A stretch of DNA of 64,000 nucleotides, taken from Isurus oxyrinchus. Taxonomy: Eukaryota. A model generated the notes under the pieces. It did not search any database. It saw only the letters and a list, made by a program, of their open reading frames with translations, and had not been told where the DNA came from. Location: positions 26,660,001 through 26,724,000 of the forward strand of contig JANJGN010000023.1 of assembly GCA_026770705.1 (NCBI GenBank), read 5' to 3'. The position numbers and the translations under genes are program-made. Below, piece after piece: positions 24,462 through 38,010 of the stretch (positions within the stretch are counted from its first letter, which is position 1; each line of letters begins with the position of its first letter).

Positions 24462-27400
24462 CATGAGTCACTAAAGCATAATGGTAATCTGCTGGTACAT
24501 ACAGATATTGTGATGGTAACCTTTAATTACTCAAAGGGATCTGTGGGATTGTCATTTTTGGATGCTGAAATATCCAAGCATTTGGGAAATTATCTTAGAT
24601 GCAATAGAACGTTATGTTGATTGAGGAGCTGGAATAGATCTGATTTGTCCTTGATTATGCCTGACTGTTGTGCCTTTGTGTGTAACGACTTCATAGGATC
24701 TTGGCTCTGAACTTGTAATCTCATCTGGTTGCCACATGTCTTCTGTGGGATCCTGGATGCAAACTTGTCCCAACTGTAAACCTGGCAATTCTGTACCTGC
24801 ATTTTTATTGCGCACACTGATCATCTTGTAGTTTTAGAAGTGACTCTCTAGTTTCTGAGAGAGTACAATAGGTAAGGGTAAGTACCATTAGCATGCACAG
24901 GTCTACCAAACAGGAGCTCTGCCGATGATGGAGTAGTTGCACTTAAAGGTGTCGCTCTCAGATGTAACATTGTAATGTGTAGAGCATACTTGGTCTGCCT
25001 GCATTTGATAATTAGGGATTTCACCGTGCAAATCATTCATTCAGTGAGGCTGTGATCTAGGGTAATGAGGAGAAGTAGTGTGATTGATATTCCATTTCTC
25101 TCACACATCCTGAAATAGCTTACCAATAAATAGTGGGCTGTTTTCTGTAATGATCGCTCTAGACATGACAAATAAACTGAAAATAGCACTTAGAGTGTGC
25201 ACGACAGTTGTGCTTGACATATCGTGCAATTGTCGAATAGTGGGGTACTTGGTAAAGTAGTTGATGACCATGATGAAGCCAATACAATTGCATGAAAGAG
25301 GTTGGGTGCGATTTTGGGCCAAGGATGGGTAGGAACTTCATGCCGGAATCAGTGGTGCTTTGTGCTGACTTGGTATATATGCTTGTCTCACATTTCTGGG
25401 CAATGACTTTGTTCATACCCGGCCATTGGACTGCCTCTCTTGAAAGTCTTCTCATCTGATTTATACCCATGTATAAGTGATGAAGTTGTTGAAAAATATC
25501 AGGTTGCACAGATTCCAGTATGATGAGCCTTTAAAAATGACTCCCTGGCAGATGTCTAGCTCTGTCACATATTTGTGGACATTCTGAGTTAAATCTGGCC
25601 TTTCTATGATTATGGTTTCCCATCCCATGTATCAGATCAATTTGGAGAACATCTTCATGTCTGATGTCAATGAAATCAACTTGTAGATCTAAGGACATAT
25701 CTTCTGTTTTCACTGGGTTAGGCAATCTGCTAAGTGTGTCTGACATGACCATCAGGTTACCTGTCTTGTACCTAATTTCACAGTCATAACCTGAATCTTT
25801 ATCATGATACGTTGCAGTCTTGGTGGTGCACTGGTCAATAGTTTTCACCAAATCATCTCCAGTAGCTTGTGATCAATCTTTGCCACAAACCTTTTGCCAA
25901 ATAGGTATGAAAGTGCATGATGCCAAACACTAAAGCTAATGTTTCCCACTCGATGTTGGAGTAGTTGGATTGCGTTACAGACAGAGACTTTGAAGCAAAA
26001 GCAATCGGTTTGCCTTTTTGTAGTAAACATGTTCCCAGACCTTTCTGTGAGGCATCAACCTCCAACGTAGTTGTTTCCCATGATTATAAAATTGCAATGT
26101 TGTTGCTTTTGATAAAGACTGTTTCAATACTTCAAAGAGGTATTGGTTGTCTTCGTGTCACAGGAAAGGCACTTTCTTTCTCAGCAATTCTTTCAGAGAT
26201 GAAGATTTTTGAGCAAGATTGAGAATGCATGGAGACAAGAGATTAAAAAGACCTGGATATCTTTGAGGATCGTCCTTATCTTGAGGAGTTGGCATGGCCT
26301 TAACACCCTCTATTTTATTTGGATTGGAACATATGCCAGCACAAGAATATACAGAACCGAAGAAATCAATTTGCAATCTGCAATCTACATGTTGATATTG
26401 CATTTCACACTGTTGAACACCAATCCTTCACTACGTGCCACTTGCATCAATAAATGTAGATTATGGTTATGTTCTTGCTTCGTTCTTCCCATAACAGCTA
26501 TATCATCGTCGCTACAGATGCATCCTGCCACAAAGCATGTAATGTGGTCCATGTGAACTTGAAAGAGATCCTGGCTAACAGATAGTCCGGAAGGAAGTCA
26601 TTGAAAACAGTTTTGTCGAATACGGTATGAAATGTAGTAAGCTCTTGGGACTTCTCCACAAGATGTACTGACCAGTAACCATGCTTGACATCAAGCTTCG
26701 AGAAGAATTTTACACCTGCAAATCTCAGATTTAACTCTTCTAATGTGTGCATTTTATAGGGGTAAGTTTCAAAGCTGAGTTTAAATGTCATGAATTGAGG
26801 CATACTCTGAATGAGCTGTCCTTCTTTATGACACGTGATTGAGCTGCACCAATCGGTGTGCTCTTGTACTCTTCTAATGATTCCATTTTATCTTGTTCGA
26901 CCTTCAATTTGTCTTGCATGCAGATGCTGCACTAGTGTGCTGGATCAATTGATGAACTTGCATTCTCCTGAAAGTGAAATGTTGCAGCTCTCTTGAAACT
27001 TCCAATTTTGACAAAACATTCGGGATATTTCAATGTTAGATTGTGAACTGAGGTTATAGGAGTAGTTTCTAAGGTCGATCTGCCTTGTGATGTCTGACTG
27101 ATTCCGTGGATTGTTACTATCATGAGGTCACGACATGTCGGTAGACCTGAAATCGCTGAGCCTTTAGTTTTCACCACGTAGAACATCTGTGACATCCAGG
27201 ATGATTGATTGTACTTGCATTCCAGGACTATGGATCGTGCACGTGCAATTAGTGAACTGCTGTACACTGAAAGTTGCACAGCAATAGGTTTTGCCATGGC
27301 CTTCCACATCTGTGGATACATGTCTTTTAGAATTCACAGAGGTAGTACGTTGGCACTTGTCTCAGTTTCAATATAGGCCAATAATGAATAGTTAACAAAT

Positions 27401-28950
27401 TTTTTAGGGCAGATAATTCGAATCTTGGCAAGCACTTTGAGCGGCATGATGGCATCTATGTTTCCCACAAGATTGACGGTGCGAAACATGTGTTCATCAA
27501 TTGATCCAGCACACTAGTGCAGCAGCCGCATGCAAGACAAACTGAAGGTTGAACAAGATAAAATGGAGACAGATGGAATCATTAGACATGTATTACTGGA
27601 AGATGCCCATTGTGTACAGTCTGTTTGTATCAGTGCACAGCTCTTTGCAGCTGCATCAGCCTTTGTTCTAGTGCACTGCCACTGCCAACACCCTTTCTGC
27701 CACATGCCCTGCAAGGTTGATGAAACATCGGGCATTTCCTTGCTGCATGCAGAAGGCCGCGCCTTCCACATGTCTTGCTAGCTTTGGATGTTCTAGTGAG
27801 TGTGCCAACAACTCGGTTGTTTAGGACCTGTAAGTGTTGTCGACCTGCGAGGATCACTTTGTATTTACATCAATCCTTGAACAGCTCTTCAATGCTATAC
27901 AGTTTGGGCTTGTCTAGCAGGTCTTTCTGGAATGCTTCCATGGGAGTGGATGCGATCACCAACTCAACAGTTTGGTCTGCCAGCTCTGCATTTGAAAAAT
28001 CACAATATGTACTCTTTTCTCTGCATCTGCTGACCAAGTGGCCTATGGATTCTATAGGCTGATGTTGAAATTTCATGAACTCTAGTCGAAGAATATGGAA
28101 GCTTAACCTGATTTTGAACCGGTCTTCCAATGTAGCCCATTACTTTTGAGGATCTTTTCGCTCTTCTGTTAATCCTAGAGGAATGCTCTACCTGTGTAGA
28201 CATTCATTCTGAATTGCTAGGCGAATGTTTATGGCTTGCTTGTCTGGTTCAGGCATAAGTAAATCAAGAAACCATAATGCTGTATGCTGTTTGTACATTT
28301 TGAATTCAGATAATAGGTCAGCTGTATCCCAATTCAAACCAGGGAATTTTGTGGACATTCTAAAATATCCATTTGACGTTCGTTCTTCTGCAGTACCTGA
28401 GATGAATGTCGCTCTAGCCGCTTTTGCGCACTTTCTGAAGTTCCGCCCATGAAAATGTGTTGTCGTGGGAACACACCACGAAGCAATGGCATCTTTGGTT
28501 TTATTAAATTTATTGTTCAGCAATTCCCATAGCCACCTGTTATAATCACAACGTTCTCTGGCCGAAACGTTGAGGGTCATCTCATGCCATCGAGCATGAT
28601 CTAAGGTTGTTCACCATGTCGTGCTTGTACTTAATCTGGTTGCCACATTGTTTGACCGCTGCTGAACATGATGTTGTGGTTTTTATAATGATATATAAAG
28701 ACACCAATTGCTCATAAGGCAAAGGTAAACCCGTTGTGGGTTCATTTATTTAAAATGGCACTGTGTCTCCAAAGCTTTTCTTTACAGTCACCACGCTGCA
28801 TTTTCAATGCGCTCTGATGCTGAGACTTCATTGTGGTCTGACCAAAATGTAGAGGTCCTTTTCATGCCATGTAGCATGATCCAAGACTGTTCACCATGCC
28901 ATACCTGTATTTAATCTGGCTATCACCTATCTGACCACCGCTGATCACCA

Positions 28951-29220
28951 TGTCATGTTATTATAATGATATAATACCTGGACTTATTTAATGTACAAGA
29001 CACAAGGCAACAGCAACTCATAAGGGATTTGGTAAACACATTGTGGGTTCATTTATTAAGATTAGGCATATAAGAACAGTTTTACATTGGTATAAGGCTT
29101 GAAGACATCAGAGCCGTGTGTGTGCTCTGCTCAAAGCAAAAGTGAAACTAATACTGGATCACATGACACATTTCCCTTCTACTGATGTCCTGCTGATATC
29201 CCTAAAGGCATATCACAATA
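28951..29220 (-). repeat. 5' LTR
   Basis: Collinear with 23688-23959; PBS immediately adjacent. Confidence 0.88.
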
Positions 29221-29274
29221 AGGGTATATGTATGCTAAGCTCCAGAGTTGAGGTGAGCGTGACTGCCCTTCAAA

Positions 29275-30855
29275 TAGAAGTATAAAGACAGTGAGAGTTT
29301 CTATAGATATTTTAAAAAAAGTTAACAAAGTGAGCATTGGTCCTATAGAAAGTAAGTATGTGGAATTAATAATGGAAAATAAGGAGATGGCAGATGAATT
29401 GAATAGGTATTTTGGGCATTGGTCTTCTCTATAGAGGATATTGGTAACATCCCAGAAATAGCTGCAAATCCTGAATTGGAAGGGAAGGAGAAACTCAAGA
29501 AAATTACAATTGTTGGAACTGCAGGCTGACAAGTGCCCAGGTCCTAATGGATTGCATCCTAAGTGGGATATTTGATGCACAAGTTTTGATTTTTCAAAAT
29601 TCACCAGATTAAGATAGGTTCCATTGGATTGGAAAATAACAAATATAACTTCTTTATTCAAAAAGGGAGGGAGACAGGAAGCTGGAAGTTATAGGCCAGT
29701 TACCTTGACACCTGTTATAAGAAAAATGTTAGGAGCTATTATTAAATACATTATAATAGGGCAGAGACAACATGGCTTTGTGATAGTGAAATCATGTTTA
29801 ACCAATTTATTGGAGCTCTTTGAAGGAGTAACAGGTGCTGTGAATAAAGTGGAACTGGTAGATGTACTGTACTTAGATTTTCAGAAGGCGATAAGGTGCC
29901 ACATCAAAGATTATTGTGGAAAATAAAAGATCATGGTGTAGGGAGTAACATATTGGCATGGATAGTAGATTGGCTAGCTGACAGGAAACAGAGAGGACAC
30001 ATAATTGGTTGGCAGGATGTGATGAAGGGTGTGCCACAGGGATCAATGCTGGGGCCTCAACTCTTTACAATTTATATAAATGATTTGGATGAAGGGAACA
30101 AAGATATGGTTGCTAAGTTTGCTGATGACAAGATAGGTAGGAAAGTAACTTGTGAAGAGGACATAAGGAGGCTACAAAAGGATGTAGGTAGGTTAGGTGA
30201 GTGGACAAAGATCTGGCAAATGGCGTATAATGTAGGAAAAGTGAAGTTGTCCATTTTGGCAGGACAAATGAAAAAGAGGCATATTACCTAAATGGTGAGA
30301 GACTGAACAGGCTAGGCTTTTATCAGCTGCAGTTTAGAAGAGTAAGAGATGACTATATACTTATGTATACTCACATGTCAGACCCTGACGGCACTTGACA
30401 GGGTGAACGTAGAATGTTTCCTCTAGTGGGAGAATCTAGAACTCGGGGTCACTGTTTCAAAATAAGGGGTCACCCACTTAAGACAGAGATGAGGAAAACA
30501 TTTTTGGCCAGAATTTTGCGGCTTTTCCCGTCCAGCGGTCCTACCGCACTGAATGGAGATTTAAGTAGTTCGCCACATCCACCGGGGGAAGACATGCCAC
30601 GGTGGGGCCGTAAAATCCTGGCCTTTGTCTTAGAGGGTTTTGAGACTTTGGAATTCCCTTCCTAAAAAGTTGGTTGAGGCAGAGCCCTTGAATATCTTCA
30701 AGGCAGAGGTAGATGGATTCTTGATAAGCAAGAGGGTGAAAGATTATCAGGAGTAGGCTGGAATATGAGGTGATCAGCCATGATCTTACTCATTGGTGGA
30801 GCAGGCTCAAGGGCTGAGTGGCATCCTTCCACTCCTAGTTCATATGTTTGTATAC
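29275..30855 (+). mobile_element. CR1 LINE ORF2 relic with 3' UTR, interrupted by mini-MITE 30506-30623
   Basis: DWKITNITSLFKKG, YRPVTLT, QHGF, SCLTNLLE, YLDFQKA, GVPQGSMLGPQLF, KFADD, TRGHCFK. Confidence 0.9.
30506..30623. mobile_element. 118-bp Harbinger-type mini-MITE
   Basis: GGCCAGAATTTTGCGGC / GCCGTAAAATCCTGGCC; TSD TTT. Confidence 0.85.
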
Positions 30856-30859
30856 CATC

Positions 30860-31716
30860 ACACCTGCATTTGACAGAGTGTGGCATCAAGGAGTCCTAGC
30901 AAAACCAGAATCAGTGGGAATCGGGAAAAACTGTCCACTGGTTGGAGACCTAACACACACGAAGGAAGATGGTTGTGGTTGTTAGAGGTCAATCATCTCA
31001 GTTCCAGGCCATCACTGCAGGAGTTCCTCAGGGTAGTGTCCTCAGCCTAATCATCTTTAGCTGCTTCATCAATGACCTTCCTTCCACCAAAAGGTCACAA
31101 ATGGGGATGTTCACTGATGATTGTACATATTTGGCACCATTCACGACTCCTCAGATACTGAAACAGTCCATGTCCAAATGCAGCAAGACCTGGGCCAGGA
31201 TTTTATGGCCCCTCCCACCCAGCGATATGTTACGGTCCTGCCAAACTGAATGGACATTTAAATAGCTCACCGCATCCGTGGTGGGGTGATTGGGGGGGGG
31301 GGTGAAGAAACGCCACGGTGGGGCTGTAAAATCTTGGCCCTGGACAACAATATCCAGGCTTGGGCTGACAAGTGGCAAGTAACATTTGTGCCTAACAAGT
31401 GCCAGGCAATGACCATCTAACCATCACCCCTTGACATTCAATGGCATTACCATCACTGAATCTCCCACTATCAACACCCTGGGATGTACCGTTGACCAGA
31501 AACTGAACTGGACCAGCCAGATAAATACTGTAGCCACAAGAGTAGGTCAGAAGCTAGGACTCTTGTGGTGAGTAAGTCACCTCCTGACTCTCACAGCCTG
31601 TTCACCATCTACAAGGCACAAGTCAGGGGTGTGACTGAATACTTTCCACTTATCTGGATGGGTGCAGCTCCAACAACACTCAAGAAGCTCAACACCATCC
31701 AGAACAAAGTAGCCCA
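30860..31716 (+). mobile_element. LINE (CR1/L2-group) RT fragment, interrupted by mini-MITE 31193-31339
   Basis: GVPQGSVLS...FINDLP...FTDD; IYKAQVRGVTEY. Confidence 0.85.
31193..31339. mobile_element. 147-bp Harbinger-type mini-MITE
   Basis: GGCCAGGATTTTATGGCCC / GGGCTGTAAAATCTTGGCC; perfect TSD CTG; related to 30506-30623. Confidence 0.85.
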
Positions 31717-32045
31717 CTTATTCACTCATGGGATGTGGGCATTGCTGGGTAGGCTGGTATTTATTGTCCATCCCTAGTTGCCCTTGAGAAGGTGGTGGTG
31801 AACTGCCTTCTTGAACTGCTGCAGTCCATATGGTGTTGGTACACCCACAGTGCTGTTAGGAAGGGAGTTCCAGGATTTTGACCCAGCGACAATGAAGGAA
31901 TGGTGATATATTTCCAAGTCAGGATGGCGAGTGACTTGGAGGGGAACTTCCAAGTGGTGGTGTTCCCATCTATCTGCTGCCTTTGTCCTTCTAGATGGTA
32001 GTGGTCGTAAGTTTGGAAGGTACTGTCTAAGGTGCCTTGGTGATT
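31717..32045 (-). mobile_element. 3' end of the same LINE family, inverted relative to the adjacent body
   Basis: Reverse complement matches 23305-23640. Confidence 0.75.
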
Positions 32046-32315
32046 TAAGGTGAATGGCAAAAGAGCCAATAGCAATATTGTGGAAGGCTTTTTTATGTCG
32101 TGTGCGAAATCATATTCCCCAAGTCATCAATTCCAAAATCCTTAGCTACAAATTCCCCTCTATGCTCCTTTGTCCCATCTCTGTAGCTTAATGCAGTTCA
32201 TATTGTGTTCTGATTCTGAAATACTATTCATTTCTCATCCTATACCCTTCCACCCAGTATTAGTGACAGAACTTCAGCCAAAGCATTTCTGCACTCTCTG
32301 GAACTTTCATATTAT

Positions 32316-32970
32316 GGGTGGAATCTTACCTGCTTTAAAAAATAATTGCTGGTTGGTGCCATTTGTGGCTACCAACTCTGCACTTGCTGGCAGTGCACCA
32401 GCTGATGCGATCTTACAGAGGTGGCCACGTAATTGACCCCCTCAGCATCCGCCATCCAATTAAGGGTGGTGGGTGGGTTCCTGATGCTCCAGGCCTAAGC
32501 AGAAGTGGGCAATGCCACTCTAGGAGGGGATGATGTGAGGATGCCTCCATCTTGAGGTGCCCTTTGAAGACGTTTCCTTTTTTTTAACAGGGTCTGCAGC
32601 TGCAGCTGTGGCCCTCCAGTACATTCTGTTCCGGGGTGGGGAGGTAGGGTGTTAAATACAGAAGACCTTGTAGGACCCTCAGCTATCCACTGGCAAGTCT
32701 CTCAAGGCACCTGCCAGGCTTTAACCTCAGTGGGGAGAAGGGGGGGGGAGCTGTCCACTGCTAGGAAATTCCCAGCATCACACACACACTGCCCACAATA
32801 GGGACTTACTATTCAAACTGGCTACCCACCAATGCTGAGTTTCCACTCCACCTCAGGTAAGGTCAGCCAGAGGCGGGAACTCACTGGCCCACCAGCCCGA
32901 TGCCTTCCAGTCCTACCTTTCTCTGGATTCCCCTTTCAATCTGCCTCGGTGGGATCGTGAGTTTCTGCCC
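32316..32970. mobile_element. Diverged Harbinger-type MITE
   Basis: GGGTGGAATCTT / GAGTTTCTGCCC ends; CAATTAAGG motif; flanks TAT/TTT. Confidence 0.55.
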
Positions 32971-35900
32971 TTTGTCTCCTCGAATGACTTCATTAACACA
33001 CCCGTAAACGGTACCTCAAAGCTTTTTTTGGCCGCAGTCTACGTCACCTCTTTCATCCCTCCTGCTCACTTCTCCCATAACGTATCCTTGGATGTGTTAT
33101 CATTACCTGAAAGCAATTTGTTGGACTTCGGTATTTTTCACCAGTGTAAAAAGGTCGACACGGGATGTCAGCAGACAATCTGTGCAAAGTGCTTTACAAA
33201 GTCCAGCCTGGGGAATTCTCTGTCAAGTACTTGTATTGTTTACAGCTCTGTCCCTCGTATGCGTGCGTGCACGCGTCCGTCCATCCGTGCGTCCGTCTGT
33301 CCATCAAATTAAAATCTTGCATCGTGTACATCTGTTACACTTCAAAGTGTATGCCACAATTGCACCCAGTAGCTTAAATGTTACGTTCCTAAAACAGCAA
33401 TAAATCACAAATAAACAATTAGGGAGCCTGCTAATGAACAAGTTGCATCATTAAAAAGGGATAAAAATGAGAAAGAAAGACAGTGATTTCCTGCTAGCTT
33501 CACTTAACCTTTTTCAAAGTATAACAACCAGGAGGTCAATGCCTTTGGATCAACATCAGAAAGGAAGTAATTACGGCTTAAATTTTAAACCAATTAAAAA
33601 TCATTTCAACACTATCCAGTTACTCCATTGCCAACATTCACTTTATCCTTTATATCAATGCCACAGGATTTCCACAACTGTAGGTGCATCGTAAACTATC
33701 ATCAACCTGACAAATATATGGATACCATCCCCGGAGCACCAGGGTTTGGGTATTTGCTCACCTGTCACACAGCAGACATCTGGATGACCCCAATGCTGCC
33801 AGACTATCAGTATGGAATATATTTCTCTCGCTACATAAAGGAAAATACATATTGATAATTAATATAGATATGTTAATAGGATTAGATGAAGAGTGATCAG
33901 GAGGAGGCTTGTGTGGACAATAAATGACAAGATAAACTAACTGGACTGCATTGCCCCTCTTCTGTGCTGTAGACTGATTAGGACCAAGTTTTACTTCACT
34001 CAAAGCCCATTCACTTATGCAAAAATAAAATCAGGTCTCTGCAATACCTCTTTAACCTACCTTATTTGGTGTGACTCCAACCTCACAGCTTGGTAGGACC
34101 AAAGACTGGGCATGTGATTTACTACACAGTGAACTTCGACCAGTGGCTGGTTCATTGGGGTAAGGCAATAAGCAGAGAAACTTCACCCCAGGGAGCAGAG
34201 AGTTATCAGCCCAGGACTGACTTCAAGAAAGCGATTGCAGAAATGTTTTATTGCTAGGAGGAAACGAAGAATCAGGAGTAGGGCACTCGAGACTGTTAGG
34301 CCAATCAGTTAGATCATGGCTGACCTGCATGTTAACTTCATCTATCTGCCTTACTTCGGTAATCTTTAGTCGATTGCCTAACAAAAATCCATGAATCTCG
34401 ATTATAAAATTTTCAGTTTCAATATGACAACGTCAATGTATATGCTGTAATATAAGTAGCATACTGGGAATCCATCAAAGCTAGAAGAGTAATATAGATT
34501 AAATAACAATGCAGATATGTTCACAGAAAGGTCGGATGACCTGAATTCTGATTACTCAGGGGAGCCCCTCAGATCTCCTTGTAAAGTCCACAGAGTCTGT
34601 GGACCCCAGTTTGAAATCGTTCATTTTATACACATTACACACTTGTTTATAGGAGGACATTGCCGAGGGGAACATTATGAGAGATTTTGGATTCCCTGCC
34701 AGGAGTAATAAATCACTCATAGAATATAAGATGGAAATTAAAGCAGCATTTTCTTTTCTAAAGCATTATGCACATCCATAGATAATCAGGAAACATGATC
34801 ATTTACAGCACTATAACTTTTAACAATTACAATAAACTTGATTACATGTTCCTGTTCTGTCTCAGATTTCACGATATTAAAAATGTTAGATTTTTTAGTT
34901 ACTAATAGGAAATGCAATTTCACATTCAATGAGCAAATCTTCATAGTTACTGATTGGAAACTTGGCATCTGACCTGCTTCCCAGGACACAACTGCTATGC
35001 GTAGGTTGATAACAGTGCAGAAGCACAAAGAATTGACAGGACACCATTTGGTGTTGATTTTATTGGGAAACCAAGCAATCTGGTTTTAAATGTGATGGTT
35101 AGCAGCTGTTAGTAATTTCATCAGGCATAGCAAAAAGAGTTAATGTTTGAAAATCCTTTATTTGGAGGGATAAAAAGTCATATTGAAATCAATAGAAAAT
35201 ATTTGCTTGATTTTTGGCTCAAGGGCATGGTTATGGCCAAGATGGTATGACCAGCAACCAGCAATGTGCTATGACCAAATTAGCCAGAGTCAAGTCACTG
35301 TTGAGATGCCTTGGCCTTATTTTATTCAAATTAATTTGCCCTGACAAGAAGATGGCAGATGAGATACTCAAAACGTGCCTTCAATTAAGGATGAATAAAG
35401 CTTCAGATAGTCAAAGGCCAAGCCAATTCAAATTTTGAAATTTTCGGTTGATCTGAGCCAAGCTGGAACCTATCTTAAAATTTGAGAGCATCAGCTCTGA
35501 CTTGCCCCAGTACTTCTCACTGCTCCTGAAAGTGTCAACTCCTGCTGGGTTAACACCATGGGTGTTGAAAATCTCACCGAAATGCCCATTTCTTTGTATA
35601 TATGTCGCCACAGTGAATCTTAACAGGCTATTAAACTGTGGAGCCCTCATAACTGAGCACAATTCTGCCTCATCAAACATCCACAAATGTGCACTTTCCT
35701 GCACAGGTCACTGGATAGTAATCAGGAGCAGGAGCTCCAGTTGATTTTTCCTCTCTCTAGTCCAGGGGCCTGGAATCAATTGTAGTGCCTTTATTACTGC
35801 TTTGGCTAAGATTAACTAACTCGATGCAGACTTGGGACTGATGGTGAAACACTGCACATGTCAATACAACACTGGAGATTGGACTCTGAAAGAAAAAGAA

Positions 35901-36197
35901 AATGAGATTGTGCCATATTCCATTAAAACAGCAAAATTCTCTCATTTTAGTTTGGAGCCTATGTCACCCATATGACATCATAATTTAACCAAAAAAGAAA
36001 GCCATTGTACAGATTGTGGATAGATTCATTTTGATGTCAAGGTTGAGGAAGGATTATGTATAACTCAGTGAACTAAATATTGACCCATAGATTTCAATAA
36101 ATAAATGTTTCAATGCAGGGAAACAGAGGCATATTTAGACAGTAACACCGTAGTCTTGCAAATCTGTGGTAGCTGTTCATGTAAATCTAAAATATTT

Positions 36198-37080
36198 GGG
36201 CAGAATTTTCCCAACCAAGTGGAAGTGGGTTCCAGTGCATACAGAGTAGAAAAGTTCTGGAAAATGAGGTTGAGTTGGGATCCCAATGTCTTCCCGTCCT
36301 CTTCGAACTTTTCCTGGGGTGCGTCCTGAGTCCTGTGACAAACCCTGGTGGTCTGGCAGGAAGATAATTAAAAAGACAATTAAGATCCTTTCTAACAATG
36401 ATTACCTTCTGTCCCAACAGTGTACAGCTTCCACTCTGTGGCTGCCTCTCACCAGAGTCACTAAAGTGAGTGCATCGTAGGAAGAACTTCTTTTGTGAAA
36501 CTGACAGGCTAGGAAGGCTTTGATCAGTGAAGTCGAAGAGCTCCAGGCATGGTGAGGTTACAGGCTGCTAGTCAAGCACTTGTTCTCTCAGATAATCCTA
36601 GCACTGCTTGATAGTCGATTACAAGCCTTTTGGAAGGCACTTCACCTGTTTAGAACATTACTCGCCTTCAGTTGCACTTCCTTATTGCCAGACTTCACAA
36701 TGGCATGAGAACAACTTATGCAGCTACATCTTCCACTTCCACTGACGGACAAGAGCAGAAATCACACCACCAACAGCTCCAGCAGCAAAAAGAGCAACTC
36801 TAGCAGCAGCATTAATTGTCTTTGCCTCAACTGCACACTCTTCTACAGAGCAGATGGAGTGGATGCCAAGATCCAACTGAGAGGAAATAAGACCCCCCCA
36901 TCATAAAGTCTTCATGCAGAGAATCAGCTCTCTTGACATTGCTGCTCACTAGTGCCTTAGGGGCTCAGACTATCTTGGCAGGTCGCATGTTGGTATTTGC
37001 AGTCTCTTGGAAGAAGTTCTCCTTCCCAATAGAGCAGCAGGGTACACATTGGCAGTGAATTTCAAAGTGGCTCTCGTTTT
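36198..37080 (+). mobile_element. Harbinger transposon relic: left TIR + 5' part of transposase
   Basis: TIR GGGCAGAATTTT; decayed peptide SLLEEVLLPNRAAGYTLAVNFKVAL resembles the HARBI1-like N-terminal L-P-V-A-V-K-V motif; homologous to 47755-48567 in the opposite orientation. Confidence 0.6.
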
Positions 37081-37509
37081 GATGAGATTAAAACAATGCT
37101 TGGGTGCAAAATTACATTGGCAAAATGAAGGAAATATTGGATGCAGTTTCAGCTCTAGCTATTGGAACCCACCTACAGAGGAATTTCCAGGCCCTGAAAA
37201 TCAACACAAAAAGTATGAGGTGGACAATATTCTAAATATAAATTATTGGATTGCAATATATTAAAGGTATGTCAATATCACTATAAATGCCCACTGTAGC
37301 AAATATTCATTCTTACCAAACAGATCAATATGATTATGCAAGCATAACAGCATTAGACAACTGAATTGAAATGCTCACTTCACATTACAATTGATAACAA
37401 TGTAAAAGACCTTTGCTAGTCTCTATTTCATCACTGTTCAATTTTGTTCTCCAAGAACCTTTCCCTAATGCTCCTTCAAATTCTATTCCTTCCCCTCCTG
37501 CTCTATGTC

Positions 37510-38010
37510 AATGGAACAGAAGTAGGCCATTCAGTTCCTCAAGTCTATTCCACCATTCTATTATTATCATGGCTGATCCCCACCCCACCTCCATTTAGCC
37601 ACCCTTCTGCTAAATTTGTGCTGTACTCCCTCCAAGATCAATACATCTTTCCTGAGGTATGGTGCCCAAATCTGAATGCCATACTCCAGATGGGTTCTGA
37701 CCATATCTTTGTACAACTGATGCATAATTTATTTCCTTCGAATTCAAATCTCATTGGTGATGAATGCCAAGGTTCCATTCACCTTTTTGGTTATGTTTTT
37801 CATTTGTGCACTGGTTATTAGGGATTTCGGTACATAGATGCCAATATTTCACAGCCCTTGGCATCTCCCACAAAGGAAATATTTTGAGTTGTCTTTCTCA
37901 GACTGAAAGTAGATGACATCACGCTTCCTTACATCAAACTTCAATTGCCATAGGCTTTCCCACTCACTTGGTGTCCCTTTGTAATTTCCTGCTCTTATTC
38001 ACACAACCTA
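37510..38010 (-). mobile_element. Old CR1 fragment
   Basis: CR1 3' UTR (AGAAGTAGGCCATTCAG) and TGGTGCCCAAATCTGAATGCCATACTCCAGATG (LEYG.QIWAP on minus). Confidence 0.65.

Larger units (their letters stand above)
23688..29220 (-). mobile_element. Degenerate full-length Gypsy LTR retrotransposon (gag-PR-RT-RH-INT)
   Basis: LTRs at 28951-29220 and 23688-23959; PBS TGGTGATCAGCGGTGG (28935-28950, tRNA-Leu-like); PPT 23960-23975; gag with two knuckles (27690-27790); RT FFSKLDVKHGYW; RNaseH VDASQKGLG, YSNIEWETLA, DTLSRLP; integrase INYFTKYP, TENSPLF. Flanks TGGGT/AGGGT lie within a CR1 relic. Confidence 0.92.
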
